From Carpediemonas membranifera BICM (Eukaryota; Protista; Fornicata): a stretch of 64,000 nucleotides of DNA. The position numbers were made by a program, and so were the translations under genes. This document shows positions 35,503-46,159 of this stretch, piece by piece; positions within the stretch are counted from its first letter, which is position 1; every line of letters starts with the position of its first letter. The stretch is taken from positions 1-64,000 of the forward strand of contig JAHDYR010000002.1 of assembly GCA_019828565.1 (NCBI GenBank), given 5' to 3'. The notes beneath the pieces were generated by a model. The model saw only the letters and a list, made by a program, of their open reading frames with translations, had not been told where the DNA came from and did no database searches.

Positions 35503-36890
35503 TTACTTCTGATGCTTTTCCTGCTCTCTCTTCTCCATCAGGTCGTCATACTCGGCCCTCGTCAGCCTCACAGTTGTCATCCCGGCATCACGGATGTGCT
35601 CAAAGGCCTCAACGGGCAGCTTCGGCATCCCGTCCTCGCTGTCGCTGCTGCTGCCCAAGTCTGACTCGCTCTCGTGATAGCGGCGAAGGCGAATGCGTCT
35701 GCTGGGCACCCTGGTCTTCATAGAGTCATAGAGCGGAGCGAGCCCACTTCCATTGGCCCCGCTACGGACACCCTCATCGGTATCTCTCTCAGACATGTCA
35801 CACTCAACCTGTTGTGACAGAACAAATGACAGGTTATCGACGAGGCTATCCTCGGCATCGCTGTCTGAACTCTCCTCATCCTCCCACTCTCCTTCCAGCA
35901 TCTCCAACCCGGCCTCATCGTCAAACTCGCCCTCCACTGCGGTCTCCGGCATCTCTGCCTCGCCAGCTGTCTCGTCAAACAGCGCCTCATCGTCAGACTC
36001 ACCCTCCCCCGTGTCGCCCCCCTCGGGCTTACGCTGATCGTGGAGCTGGACCATCCTAATCCTGAGCTTGTTGTAAAGCCAGTCATCGAGCGTCGGCGGC
36101 ACCAGGTCAGCAGAGCTTCGGATCTCCGGGTTGAGATCGAGGATCGTTGGGCGCCGCGTGGTCGTTAAGTGACTGGACGCCAACTGATGCCTGAACTGCT
36201 CATCGGTCAGGCTGATGCGCTTGTCCTTAATGACCTTACGAACCTTGATCGGATCCCTGGGCCTGCCAGTCCGTCTTTGTGTCTCAATCACCCGCTTCTT
36301 GAGCTGATTGAGATCGACATGCACAGTGGGCGCATAGCGAAGCTGGTTAACACTCAGCCCGACCGACTTGAGAGCCTGCGAGAAGGTGCTAGGCATCACA
36401 GCGGACATCGCAGATGGTGCCCCGGTGAATAGCAACCAGTCAGAGAGTTCCGGGGGAATCTGGAGCTCGCTCCATCAATATCGCGGGCTGATGTGGCAGT
36501 CATGCCCGTGTGGCTGATGATAAGAGCCAGCGCATTGTAGGGGAAGACTAGTCGGACAATAGCTTCCGATGCGACAGGCTCAAACTGCCCAAGCGGCTTG
36601 ACATTGTCTCTGCCGGAGTTTCGGAATGAGTTGACGGCACTGAGAGTGACAGCAGCGGTTGCCTTGTTCAGTGATGCAGCAAAACCGGGCACAAGCGATC
36701 TAACCTCCTCGGATCGGATCACGGAGAGCGCTTCATCCTCGGTACTCCCTCGCTCACGTTGTAAGAATTGAACGAACCGCGAAAGGTTGTTTGCAGCCGC
36801 TTTCCGGGAAGATTTCTTCTTAATCTTGTTCAACCAAGCTTCTTTCATAGCTTCCATGGTTGTTTCCATCTCCTGCGGGCTTCCTTCCAT
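35503..36890 (-). CDS. Degenerate tyrosine-recombinase-like N-region plus long acidic tail (frameshift near 36440)
   Basis: ORFs 36396..36890 and 35503..36435: SRKAAANNLSRFVQFL, ALIISHTGMTATSARDI, FSQALKSVGLSVNQLRY. Confidence 0.45.
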
Positions 36891-36891
36891 C

Positions 36892-37221
36892 GATATACGG
36901 ATTTCAGACTTTCGTCATGCACAAAAATTCGAATCTCTCCAAATGCCCAAAACAGTGGTCAAACCGTGTTCAGGGGTACAATAGAGTGCCATAGGCACGT
37001 TCTTGCATTCAAAATATTCTAGAGGTCGTTCATAAATTCTCAGATGGCCAACAGTACGAAAGTCTGAAATCCATTTATCATGAGACCCGACAAATTTGAA
37101 ATCCATTTATCGGGTGGATACATCACTGTAGAGGGTATTCATGGATATAGGTGCCTTTTTCGGTGCCGAGGGGAGTCAACATTTGAGGTCGTGCAGGCAG
37201 AAAGTCTGAAATCCGTATATC
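36892..37221. mobile_element. 330-bp MITE-like foldback
   Basis: Perfect 22-bp inverted termini GATATACGGATTTCAGACTTTC (possible TA TSD inside) and an internal partial copy at 37057. Confidence 0.6.
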
Positions 37222-38005
37222 TCATCACTGCTTATAGATCCTGGCAGACAACGGCCTCTTGGCAACGCCTGAGGTGTAAGGATTCGCTTGCCTCTGTGTT
37301 GTCGCATCAGCTTCGCTGAAAACGGGGGAACTGACCCGCGCATTCGCGCACTTTATGCTCGCAACGAGATTGAAATGGCGAACTTAAGAATAGAAAGAAT
37401 ACTGGCGGCTTTAACGTAGTAGGCATGTACACAACACTAAGAAACATCAGTTGGCGGGCGCAGAGCATCACTAAAGCAACAATAATCCCTAAACAACATC
37501 AATCATCATAAGTCCATCAGGACCATACGATATGAACAATAAATGAACCACAGAGCAGTATAGATGATTTGAGAGTACCAGGCATGGCCAGAATACCGCA
37601 ATTATCGTCCGTTGATCCACGTGACCTCCATCTTGGTCGGTATCCAGAGAACGCCCGTCAGACGCTTGCAACGGAACATTTAGGGGGTGCATCCTGAATG
37701 GGGCCAGATTTGAGGGACCCTTGGTCTGACATGCCATGACCGAGTACTCTAGGGGCCTCCACAGTGCGTCCCGAGGTACGTTATAGCACCACAGACTTGG
37801 TGTGTCTTAGCCTGCACCGCCCGAAAGCTCGCCGGATCACTCCCCATACGTTATATCGCCATTCAGTCCACATAATGGGTGTTTTCGGAGCGATTATATC
37901 CCCCGTTTGTATGGTATAACGTTTCCGACACCCCGTTGCCTACGGTTACTGGCAATTTTCTCATCTCTGTTATATGTCCATTATTGGGATATAACGAAGA
38001 GAAGA

Positions 38006-39764
38006 ATGACGTTCGAATTCCTTCACGAGTGGATCGAGAGCACCTCAGATGATGTGATTGAGGCCGTTATCACCGAATTCAAGGAGAAGAAGACAAACAA
38101 GGCGAAGAGTGCCGTTCTTCGGGACAAATTGCTCGACGAGAACGATATCTTCGATATAGTCGTCAAGAACGGTACGTAATTGGTGCAAATGTTTATATAG
38201 GGATCAACTTCAACCACCTGTGCTCATATTTCGAGATTCAGGGCGAGAAGAAGGCAGAACTCGAGGCATTGCTGTCTCAGCAGGTGCAGGATAAGACCTC
38301 GAACGAGATCATCGAGGCAACCTTCACGGAGAAGGAGATGAAGGCGTTTGAGTCGGCCGCTGTCACAGCCTTCAAGAACTCCAAGAGGGCTGAGTATGCC
38401 AAGGAGAATGAGGGCGCGCGTATCGAAAAAGAGGCGCTGAGTGTCAAGGTTCGGGCGTGGCGCAACGCGACATCCACCAACGCGCTTGTGCGCGACCATG
38501 TCACAGCAATGGTTGCCAGGGTGCGCAGCAAGGAGGCAGACCTTGCTTACATGAAGCACTCCTGCCGCTCGTACTTCGAAGAGTACATCATCGCCCTGGA
38601 ATGGTTGGAGACCCCCGCGGGAGAAGGTACGCCCCTGCTCCCCCCAGGTACTGGCGCTATCATCGATTACTATCACAAAATTGTTCGAGGATACAAGAAG
38701 AGAGTCAAGCAGTTGAGGAAGAGCTTGACGGCAAAGAGTGAGGAAGTCATCACGCTGCATCGACGCCTTCTGCAGCAGCAGGCTGAGCGAGAGGCAGCCT
38801 ATGACGCTGACAAGTCCATAGATGCATCACTCCCATGCAGCCCCATCCCGCCACAGTCTGGCACAGTCTCCAGGACTTCCTGTCCCCGACGCGATACGGA
38901 CGAGCCCGAGGCCTCCATGTCTGTGAAGCGCAAGGCCCTCATCATCACGCCCGAGAAGGCCAGGCCAGAGGACTCGGAGGAGGAGTCAGAGGAGGAGGAG
39001 ATAGAGGAGGAGGTGACTGTTGAGAAGAAGGGTGAGTCAGATGAGGAGGACGTGACCAAATGCGACGCCTGTATCCAGACTGAGCCCGAGAAGGCCAGAC
39101 CTGTGACCTGCGAGACTGGAACTGAGATGAACGAAGGTGACGACCGTACCCCGACAGATGACAAGGATGTCCAGACCGAGGAGAGAGAGGACTGCCTGGA
39201 CGAGTTCACACGTCACCTCCGGTCGAAGTTCAAGCCGTACAACCCCCAGGCGATGGTGACTGTGTTGGCCACTGCCTCAGGCATGTGTCGAACGAGCGTG
39301 ACGTACCGACAACAGATTGGCGTAAGCAGCTTCAAGCTGCTGCAGGGATTATGCAGAAGCGCGACCTACTTCCGGCAGACTATCAGCTCTTTTACAGCCA
39401 TGCCAGTTCAACAGGCAAGGGTGGCAAGAACGACAGTCTTCCATACTGCCGGGACACCGCAATTCAGGTCTGGTCACAGATTCACAACGTGCCCATTGCA
39501 TCCATCCAGGACGGCACAATCGTCTTCTTCCAGGGTAGAGACAAGGGTTACATCACCCTGACAAACACTAATGCGAGCATGTCCGTCATCCGTGTCATTG
39601 CAAACGTGATTGGCGTCAATGACTACATTTATATCTCCGGCACGCCAACTGACGTCACAGCACACGCGGAAGTGTACCATGCAACACCTGTTGAGCTGAG
39701 GAAGGCAGAATCGCACCTGTCTGCCCAACAGAACACAGAGGATGACTGTTATTTTGTGGAATGA
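38006..39764 (+). CDS. Hypothetical helical/acidic cargo protein with a 29-nt intron (38172-38200) and a frameshift near 39290
   Basis: Splicing GTACGT..TATAG joins MTFEFLHEW..VVKNG in frame to ORF 38269..39561. ORF 39285..39764 continues it. Confidence 0.6.
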
Positions 39765-41755
39765 GTCAGTAGTAAATGAATGAATTGCGGTGGCGTCGTG
39801 GTGCTGCCGTGGTGCTGTTGGCTTTGGGGCGCTGACTGGACAGCTGGTGGCAGTATTGATGTTGTTTATGCAATTAAAGTTCCTATCGTTTCTTCTAGCT
39901 CGTTCCTTGTGTGGTTTCGTGGTTCCTTTGACTCGTTTGATGTTGTTATTGAGTATCATGGGCCATAGCGGCCGTCAGACGCTATTGATGTGTTATTATG
40001 CAAGCTTATATCCTCAATAAAGCTCTATAGCTCATTGGCACTGAGAAAATAGTGGGAAGTCGGTTCCCACTATTGGTGCACTTTATGGCTCGCAACGAGA
40101 TTGAATGACGAACTCCGTCATCCGTGTCATTGCAAAAAGGTGATTAGCGTCAGTGACTACATTTATCTCCAACTCATCTACAAATGCAAATATCGAGTGT
40201 CTCCACCCCATCATCTCTGCAATCTCTGCAAAGACTGCCATGAGAACTACTCTGCAATTGCGGGAATCAAACTGAGTAAAACTGACTTGTGCTTGTGTTT
40301 TGGCGTGTCTTCGGTTGGGCTGTTGACTGACAGTGTTTATCGGCTGCTACAGGTTTCTCTCTATTTACAGATCTATTCACATCGAAAACTCGTTGTAATT
40401 TGCTATGTAGTATGAACAAAATGTCTTGATCCTTGCCGTGCAGCGCTTCATCTGCTCTAATTCACCATCAATGCGAGAATCAATGAAGTGCGCTCGTTGA
40501 ATCCCATAAACAACGTCTAGCTCCAATTCTATCCCTTCAATCGTTAATGCTATACGTTTCGCCGGCGATACCGGCGTCGCTCGTGTGTTTTCTTCATCGG
40601 GCGTCATCTGAAATGCGCAGTTTATGCGGAGCCTGGTTGGCTGTATAAAAGAGGTCCAGATGTGTATCTATCCCTGTATTGACTATCGTGCGTGGAAGAG
40701 CGGCGAGCTTCTGGAATCAACGGGGCGAATCTGCCCTGTGTATTCCGGCAGCGCACGGCCCTGCCACACACGTCCTAACTCGTCATTAAGGTCGTTAGTG
40801 ACCCTACAAACACTCATACGCGCATCATCCTACCTTTCATTAACGAGATTGGCTCTCGCGCCGCCCCAAATGGCCGTATGAACCAGGCGCTTGCCGGTCG
40901 CAACCTTTCGTCATCAATAGAACTCTATGCTCGCCACTTCACTGTTCCAGCAGGGTTATATTGCCAATGGGGACGTTTCAGATGTCTGAGCGAGCGATAA
41001 TGAGTAAAAGCCGACTTGATATTGATTAGTTGTGGGAAAAGAGGCTTATGCCATCTAGAATGAGCGAAAGCATGCTCAGATGGGCAAATATCTCGAATGC
41101 TGTCTTGCTATGAGCTCTATCACAGTCATTTCTGGATATCTCCGACATTGCTTCCGTCATTACCATTTTTTTTTCATGCAGGCGGCGTGACCTTAAACTG
41201 AACAATAACAATAACTCCCCCAATTGGAAGAGTTCACACCTGAAACCATTATGCCTGAGGTTTCAGCCAAGGGCGAGTACATTGCCGTCTTTTTAATTCC
41301 AATAACTTTAACTTTTTTCTTCGCGTTGACCGCCCAAGAATGTTCTCCTTACACGACGGTCTGGGCATCATCGTGTAGTAATACTTGTGTTTACTCGGCC
41401 TCTTGGTTTTTAGTTGCAGCGTAGAAAAATTCCCTGAGCTGTGCGCTCATCAATAACGCCTCTCGACTCGGCCCGAGTCTTTTGCTAAAAATCTCGAGAT
41501 CTGTTCTGTCCCCTTCGCAGATTTTTGTTGGATCACAAGCACTACTGGTGTAGATCAGATCCTGCAAAAAAACTGCGAAGGGGACAGAGCCAAAGTGGTC
41601 GAACTTGAAAAAAATGGCTCTCGTCGTCAAGAAGAAGTCACCCATACTCAGGTCACAGCTTAGCCCACAGTTAGCCATCAATGCAGTGAATAGAGAACTA
41701 GTACTGCTACCCAGCCATACCATTCTTATTTACTGACAGAGCCTGGTTCCTCTGA

Positions 41756-44491
41756 TTAATTCAAACGTCTTGACTTAAAGTCAAGTTTTGGCCTTGACTT
41801 TAAGTCACAAAAACTTGACTTGAAGTCAAGGAATTGACAGTATGCTCGGGTATAAGGCTCCCAAGTTGCCTCACTATCGTCGTAGCCGTGCCAGAGCACG
41901 TGGAATTGGAGGTTCCTCTGCCTCCAGCGGTGGGCGTCAACTCCTCGGACGACATACTCGTTGTGCAGGCGGGCGGCCCATCGTTGCAGCTCAGCATCTG
42001 TATATGACCCCTTAAACGTATAAAGAGAGTCTGCGTGCGCTGTGACGGTTGCAAGAGTTGTCAGGTCCCTGAGGGTGTAGACGTTAGGGTGGTCGCCAGG
42101 TGAGAGGACTCGCATAGGGCCTCGGATGATAGGGCCAACGGGCGTGTCTCGCCGGAGTAGAACCGCTGCGCCAACGATTGGTGCGTGCGTCTCCGAAGGG
42201 GGCTCACGTGACACTGCTGATCCTTGGTGGGCCTGAAGGGCGAGGAGGGATGAGCGGAAGTGCTCGAGGGAAATAGGGGAGTCATCGGTCGCGTTGTTGG
42301 TCGTGTGGAGCTGCTTGCCGAAGAGAGCAGCGTTGGCTGAAAGGCCGCTGTACTCATAGGGGATGTCGTTGAGCAGAATCACTGTGTTGGGGACTTCCTC
42401 AGGCCAGCTCCTGCCTGATTCAAGGGTAAAAGCCTTCAAATGGCGCTTGATCTCGGCGTTGCGTCTTTCAACTACACCACGGCCTGCCGGGTGATAAGCT
42501 GTACGGAGTTTATGCCTAATGCCATTCTCGGCCACGAATGACTTGAATGCCTGGGAAGAGAATCCGGATGCGTTGTCAGAGACGATAGCTTCGGGTATTC
42601 CATAGTGTTTGATCCAGTGTTCTAAAGAGTTGATGACCTCTGCTGTCGAGGTCGACTGTGTCGGGTACACTTGGGTGAGCTTAGAGAATGTGTCAACTAC
42701 GACTAGTGCGTGCCGGAGTGAGGGGTGACCATCTAGCGGACCAATGTGGTCCATTTGTACCACTTGGAAGGGGTATGCCCCAGCCAATGCATGCGGGTGC
42801 TGGCCGACGGGTTGAACGTTCAGACGGGTGAGCTGACAGACTGGGCACTCACTTACCCATTGTTGGACGTCTTTGTGGAGACCCGGCCAAGATTGTCCCG
42901 CATTCGCGATGCGTCGGCAGGTGGCGCGAACACCGAGGTGTCCTGCTGAACCGCCATGGTGTGCCTTGAACGTCTCGCGCTTGTTGAGCGATGCTTCTGC
43001 AGTGCTCACATGGACTAGGCGAGATAGCGTGTCAGCGACGGTGTTCTCTTGACCAGGGATATGGACGAGGTCGAAGTCGAACTCATTCATCGCCAGCGAA
43101 TGACTTTGGCGTTGGTGGATTTGTGGGCAAATAAGAACCAGTCTGCAGCACTCATCCGGATCTTGAAGTGCCACGAAAGTGCCACTATCCGACGATCCCA
43201 TCGCAAAGGCAATGGCCGAAAACGGGGCAGAGACAAACGTCGACATCATGGAAGTCACAGTTGTTTGGCCATTCGAGGCCAACACAACATAAGACGCGTT
43301 CATGGCGAAGCTACAGGCACCAGTAGGAATGGAGAGACTCTGGAAGGTGCATGTTTCCTTGCCTGCGAGATTGAACGCGGTCCTGAGGCATCTAGGTGGA
43401 TCGCCAGCATAAAGCAACCTAGAAACAGAGTGAATCACATTACACTTGTCTGACGAGAAGATGAGACGGTTAATCTCGACGTCAGATGGCATGAACTCTG
43501 TCAATGAGGCATTACTCCCAACTCCAAGCTGCCCATGAGTGTTATCACCAGCAATCCACTGCTTTGCTTTGATGCGAAAGACAACAAAACGATCAAATGC
43601 GTCAATTGCCGTCGGATTCAGCGAGTGAATGCAGCTGAAGCTAGCGTAATCACAGTGACTAGTCCTCCAAAACCATGTGCCCGAGACAAATATGCCTTCA
43701 CTACAGCTCAAGAGCACATACTTTCTCAGCAGCTGTAGACAGGTGATGTTGACGAACTTCCATGGCGGATAGTTACGGTAAACCTCACTGACAGAATGGA
43801 AGAACCTGACTCGATGGCAATGGTAATACGAGTCAATCCAGGTTAACCCTCCAGCTGTGATCCCGTAGCACCTCATCTCATCGTAGTAAAACTGAGGGAA
43901 GAAATGGCCGGCGACTCTAAGTTTGAGCGTGTCTCGCTTCGCGAAACAAACCCCCCGAAAGTACAAGAGAGTACCGCCGTAACAAGGGTGTTGTGCTGTC
44001 TCTCTCTTGGTGGTATGAAACTGGAGGAAGAACATCTTGCAGGCAAACCACCAGGGGCTCTCATCACCAACACCCGCCTCCATAAATATTGCCCAGACTG
44101 TCGCTTGAAGAAGCGTAAAAAGCGTGTGGGGCAAATGGGCATCTGCATCCGGGTAGTTGATCGTAAATGACGCATGCTCTGATCGGAGCATAATCTCTAT
44201 GCGTCCAAGCAGCTTGTGACCGCGATCGTCTGCGTGCGAGTCGTCCAGGAATTCTCGCATGAACCACCGAAGGTACTTGTGAAGTTCTGCTACGTCCTGG
44301 ATGAGAACCTGTTTGGGCGGCAGTGTCTCGGGCTCAGCACCAACCTGAGAGACGTATGCGAGCCGGAACATATTCGCGATGCCACCAGCGTAGTTCTCGC
44401 AAAGCGCATCAGCAGACCAATACATCAGGCAAAGCATCTGCTTTACCTCATTAGTCTTATGGACGTCCTGGAGCGTGAGATATGACGTCAT
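41756..44491 (-). CDS. Module 2 beta-propeller gene fused in frame to gypsy D integrase-chromodomain, cut by the TIR element at 41844
   Basis: 911-aa ORF: RCC1-type WIAGDNTHGQLGVG, junction near 43130, then HIPGQENTVADTLSR, integrase and chromodomain. Confidence 0.8.
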   Translation of the reverse strand: MTSYLTLQDVHKTNEVKQMLCLMYWSADALCENYAGGIANMFRLAYVSQVGAEPETLPPKQVLIQDVAELHKYLRWFMREFLDDSHADDRGHKLLGRIEIMLRSEHASFTINYPDADAHLPHTLFTLLQATVWAIFMEAGVGDESPWWFACKMFFLQFHTTKRETAQHPCYGGTLLYFRGVCFAKRDTLKLRVAGHFFPQFYYDEMRCYGITAGGLTWIDSYYHCHRVRFFHSVSEVYRNYPPWKFVNITCLQLLRKYVLLSCSEGIFVSGTWFWRTSHCDYASFSCIHSLNPTAIDAFDRFVVFRIKAKQWIAGDNTHGQLGVGSNASLTEFMPSDVEINRLIFSSDKCNVIHSVSRLLYAGDPPRCLRTAFNLAGKETCTFQSLSIPTGACSFAMNASYVVLASNGQTTVTSMMSTFVSAPFSAIAFAMGSSDSGTFVALQDPDECCRLVLICPQIHQRQSHSLAMNEFDFDLVHIPGQENTVADTLSRLVHVSTAEASLNKRETFKAHHGGSAGHLGVRATCRRIANAGQSWPGLHKDVQQWVSECPVCQLTRLNVQPVGQHPHALAGAYPFQVVQMDHIGPLDGHPSLRHALVVVDTFSKLTQVYPTQSTSTAEVINSLEHWIKHYGIPEAIVSDNASGFSSQAFKSFVAENGIRHKLRTAYHPAGRGVVERRNAEIKRHLKAFTLESGRSWPEEVPNTVILLNDIPYEYSGLSANAALFGKQLHTTNNATDDSPISLEHFRSSLLALQAHQGSAVSREPPSETHAPIVGAAVLLRRDTPVGPIIRGPMRVLSPGDHPNVYTLRDLTTLATVTAHADSLYTFKGSYTDAELQRWAARLHNEYVVRGVDAHRWRQRNLQFHVLWHGYDDSEATWEPYTRAYCQFLDFKSSFCDLKSRPKLDFKSRRLN

Positions 44492-44957
44492 TTGGAAGTG
44501 GGCTAAAAATGCAACAACACAGTCCCAAGAATTGTAATTTACTTTAGGCTTGCTGATTTACATGCTGAACAATATCACCGTCAAGTCACTGCGTTAAAAC
44601 CAATGAGCAGCTCGCATTACTCGCCAGCAGATGCTGTAGAAGCGCTATGCTCCGCACTTCACGCTTCGATCGCAACAGGAGCCTCCATTCCCGGGGATAT
44701 CCCCTCGTTGATCAGAACGGCCCTGTCGAGGCATGTGGATGCTCAAAACTGAACCTAACATGCATACTGAACTCATTCCAGTCGATATCGACGCGTATAG
44801 TGTATAAATGTGAACAGGCTAATCGGGGTTTGCAGATGGGTATCCTGTCATATAATAGTCTCTCTCTCTGCAGGAATGAGCGCCTTATCTGGGTGTCTCC
44901 GGTATCCAACTACTTGCCTCAGAACCTCAATCATTACCTTTATCTCCAATCCTACAA

Positions 44958-46063
44958 TCAAAACGTTTGCGGGGACTTATCCTGATGCTTCTGACACCTA
45001 ACACAAAGACGAATGGTGAACTGATCAGGACCAATACGGCGCACATAACTCACGAAATCCCTGTTACAAGCGGTGCAACCCCACTTCCTGCATGCATTGC
45101 ACATTAATACTCCCTTCTTCTTTGCTGCCTTGCAAACACCACAGGAATCGCCAGCAAACTTGCAGTAAATGCACTGCACGATCTTCTTCTTCTTTGTTGT
45201 TGTTATATCACCATGGAAGCAGTCAGGGTGGAAAAACTGCTTACATGTATTGCAAGTCACAAAACTATCCCTCGTGCTGGCGTTGTGAATCCAGTCCAAG
45301 CTCCGGCACGTGCTACACGTGACAGCAAGTATCTGGATGTAGATATCCCGGGGTGACTTATCCGCAAGTGGATCAACGAGGGCGGGAACAGTAGGCTGGC
45401 TACTTTCGCTGTCACCCGTACTCGTTGTGAGGGCTTTGGACACATTTCCGTTCAGCACAGACAATTTCCGCTCAAGCGACTCTATCTTGTCGTGCACCAC
45501 GTGGATGTCACCTTCTGCACGAACCGACTGGAATATCGGTCGCTCTCCAGGAGAAGTAACGACCCCCAAGTCATCAAGTGGCATCTGCTGATATGTGTTC
45601 AGCCTTTGTGTGCTGTTGTTCATTCTGAACTTGGTGGGCACTTCGCTGATCCTGATGTAGACATCAGAAGGGACAATATGTCCCAGCTGCATGGTCTTCA
45701 TGACATTCAGCAGCCCGGCCTGAAGCAAGGTGGTCTTCTGCGGTTGTCGTTTGACGAGCATATGCACGCATCCCTGGCGGTCGATGGCAAGCTTCCAGTG
45801 CGTCGTCACGTGTGTCCACTTGCCTAGGTGGTGTCCGACAAACGTTGACTAACTAGCTGGTTAAAGGCGTTGCAGACAACAGCTTTTGTCAAACCAGAAC
45901 GTCCTACGGACTCATCGATCTTGAAGCAGGCGTTAAGAACTGCTTCCATGAGAATTGCTCGAAACTTGGGCACCTTCTTATCAGGAAGGAAGGCTTTCAC
46001 CCGAGGAATGGATGGAACCTGCTCCTCTTCATCATGTGGAGCGTTGTTCTGTTCTTCCACCAT
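44958..46063 (-). CDS. Double PHD-type zinc-finger protein, module 2 (one frameshift near 45825)
   Basis: CSTC..CNTC..H..C..CIYC, then CGVC..CNAC..CTAC..CVRC. Likely start MVEEQNN at 46063. Confidence 0.8.
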
Positions 46064-46159
46064 TGTCGAGATTTTCCGATTGTCCCAAATTTTTCTATTT
46101 ACTTTTGGCTTGCAAGGATACATAATCCTACATAATTGCATTCGAAAGCGAAGCTAGTA

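Larger units (their letters stand above)
32646..41844. mobile_element. Complete 9.2-kb TIR DNA transposon (type a ends), apparently non-autonomous, carrying cargo
   Basis: 74-bp TIRs at 32646-32719 and 41771-41844 (1 mismatch). 2-bp TSD CT. The empty site GAGGTCTCGGG is visible at 15682-15692. Confidence 0.92.
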
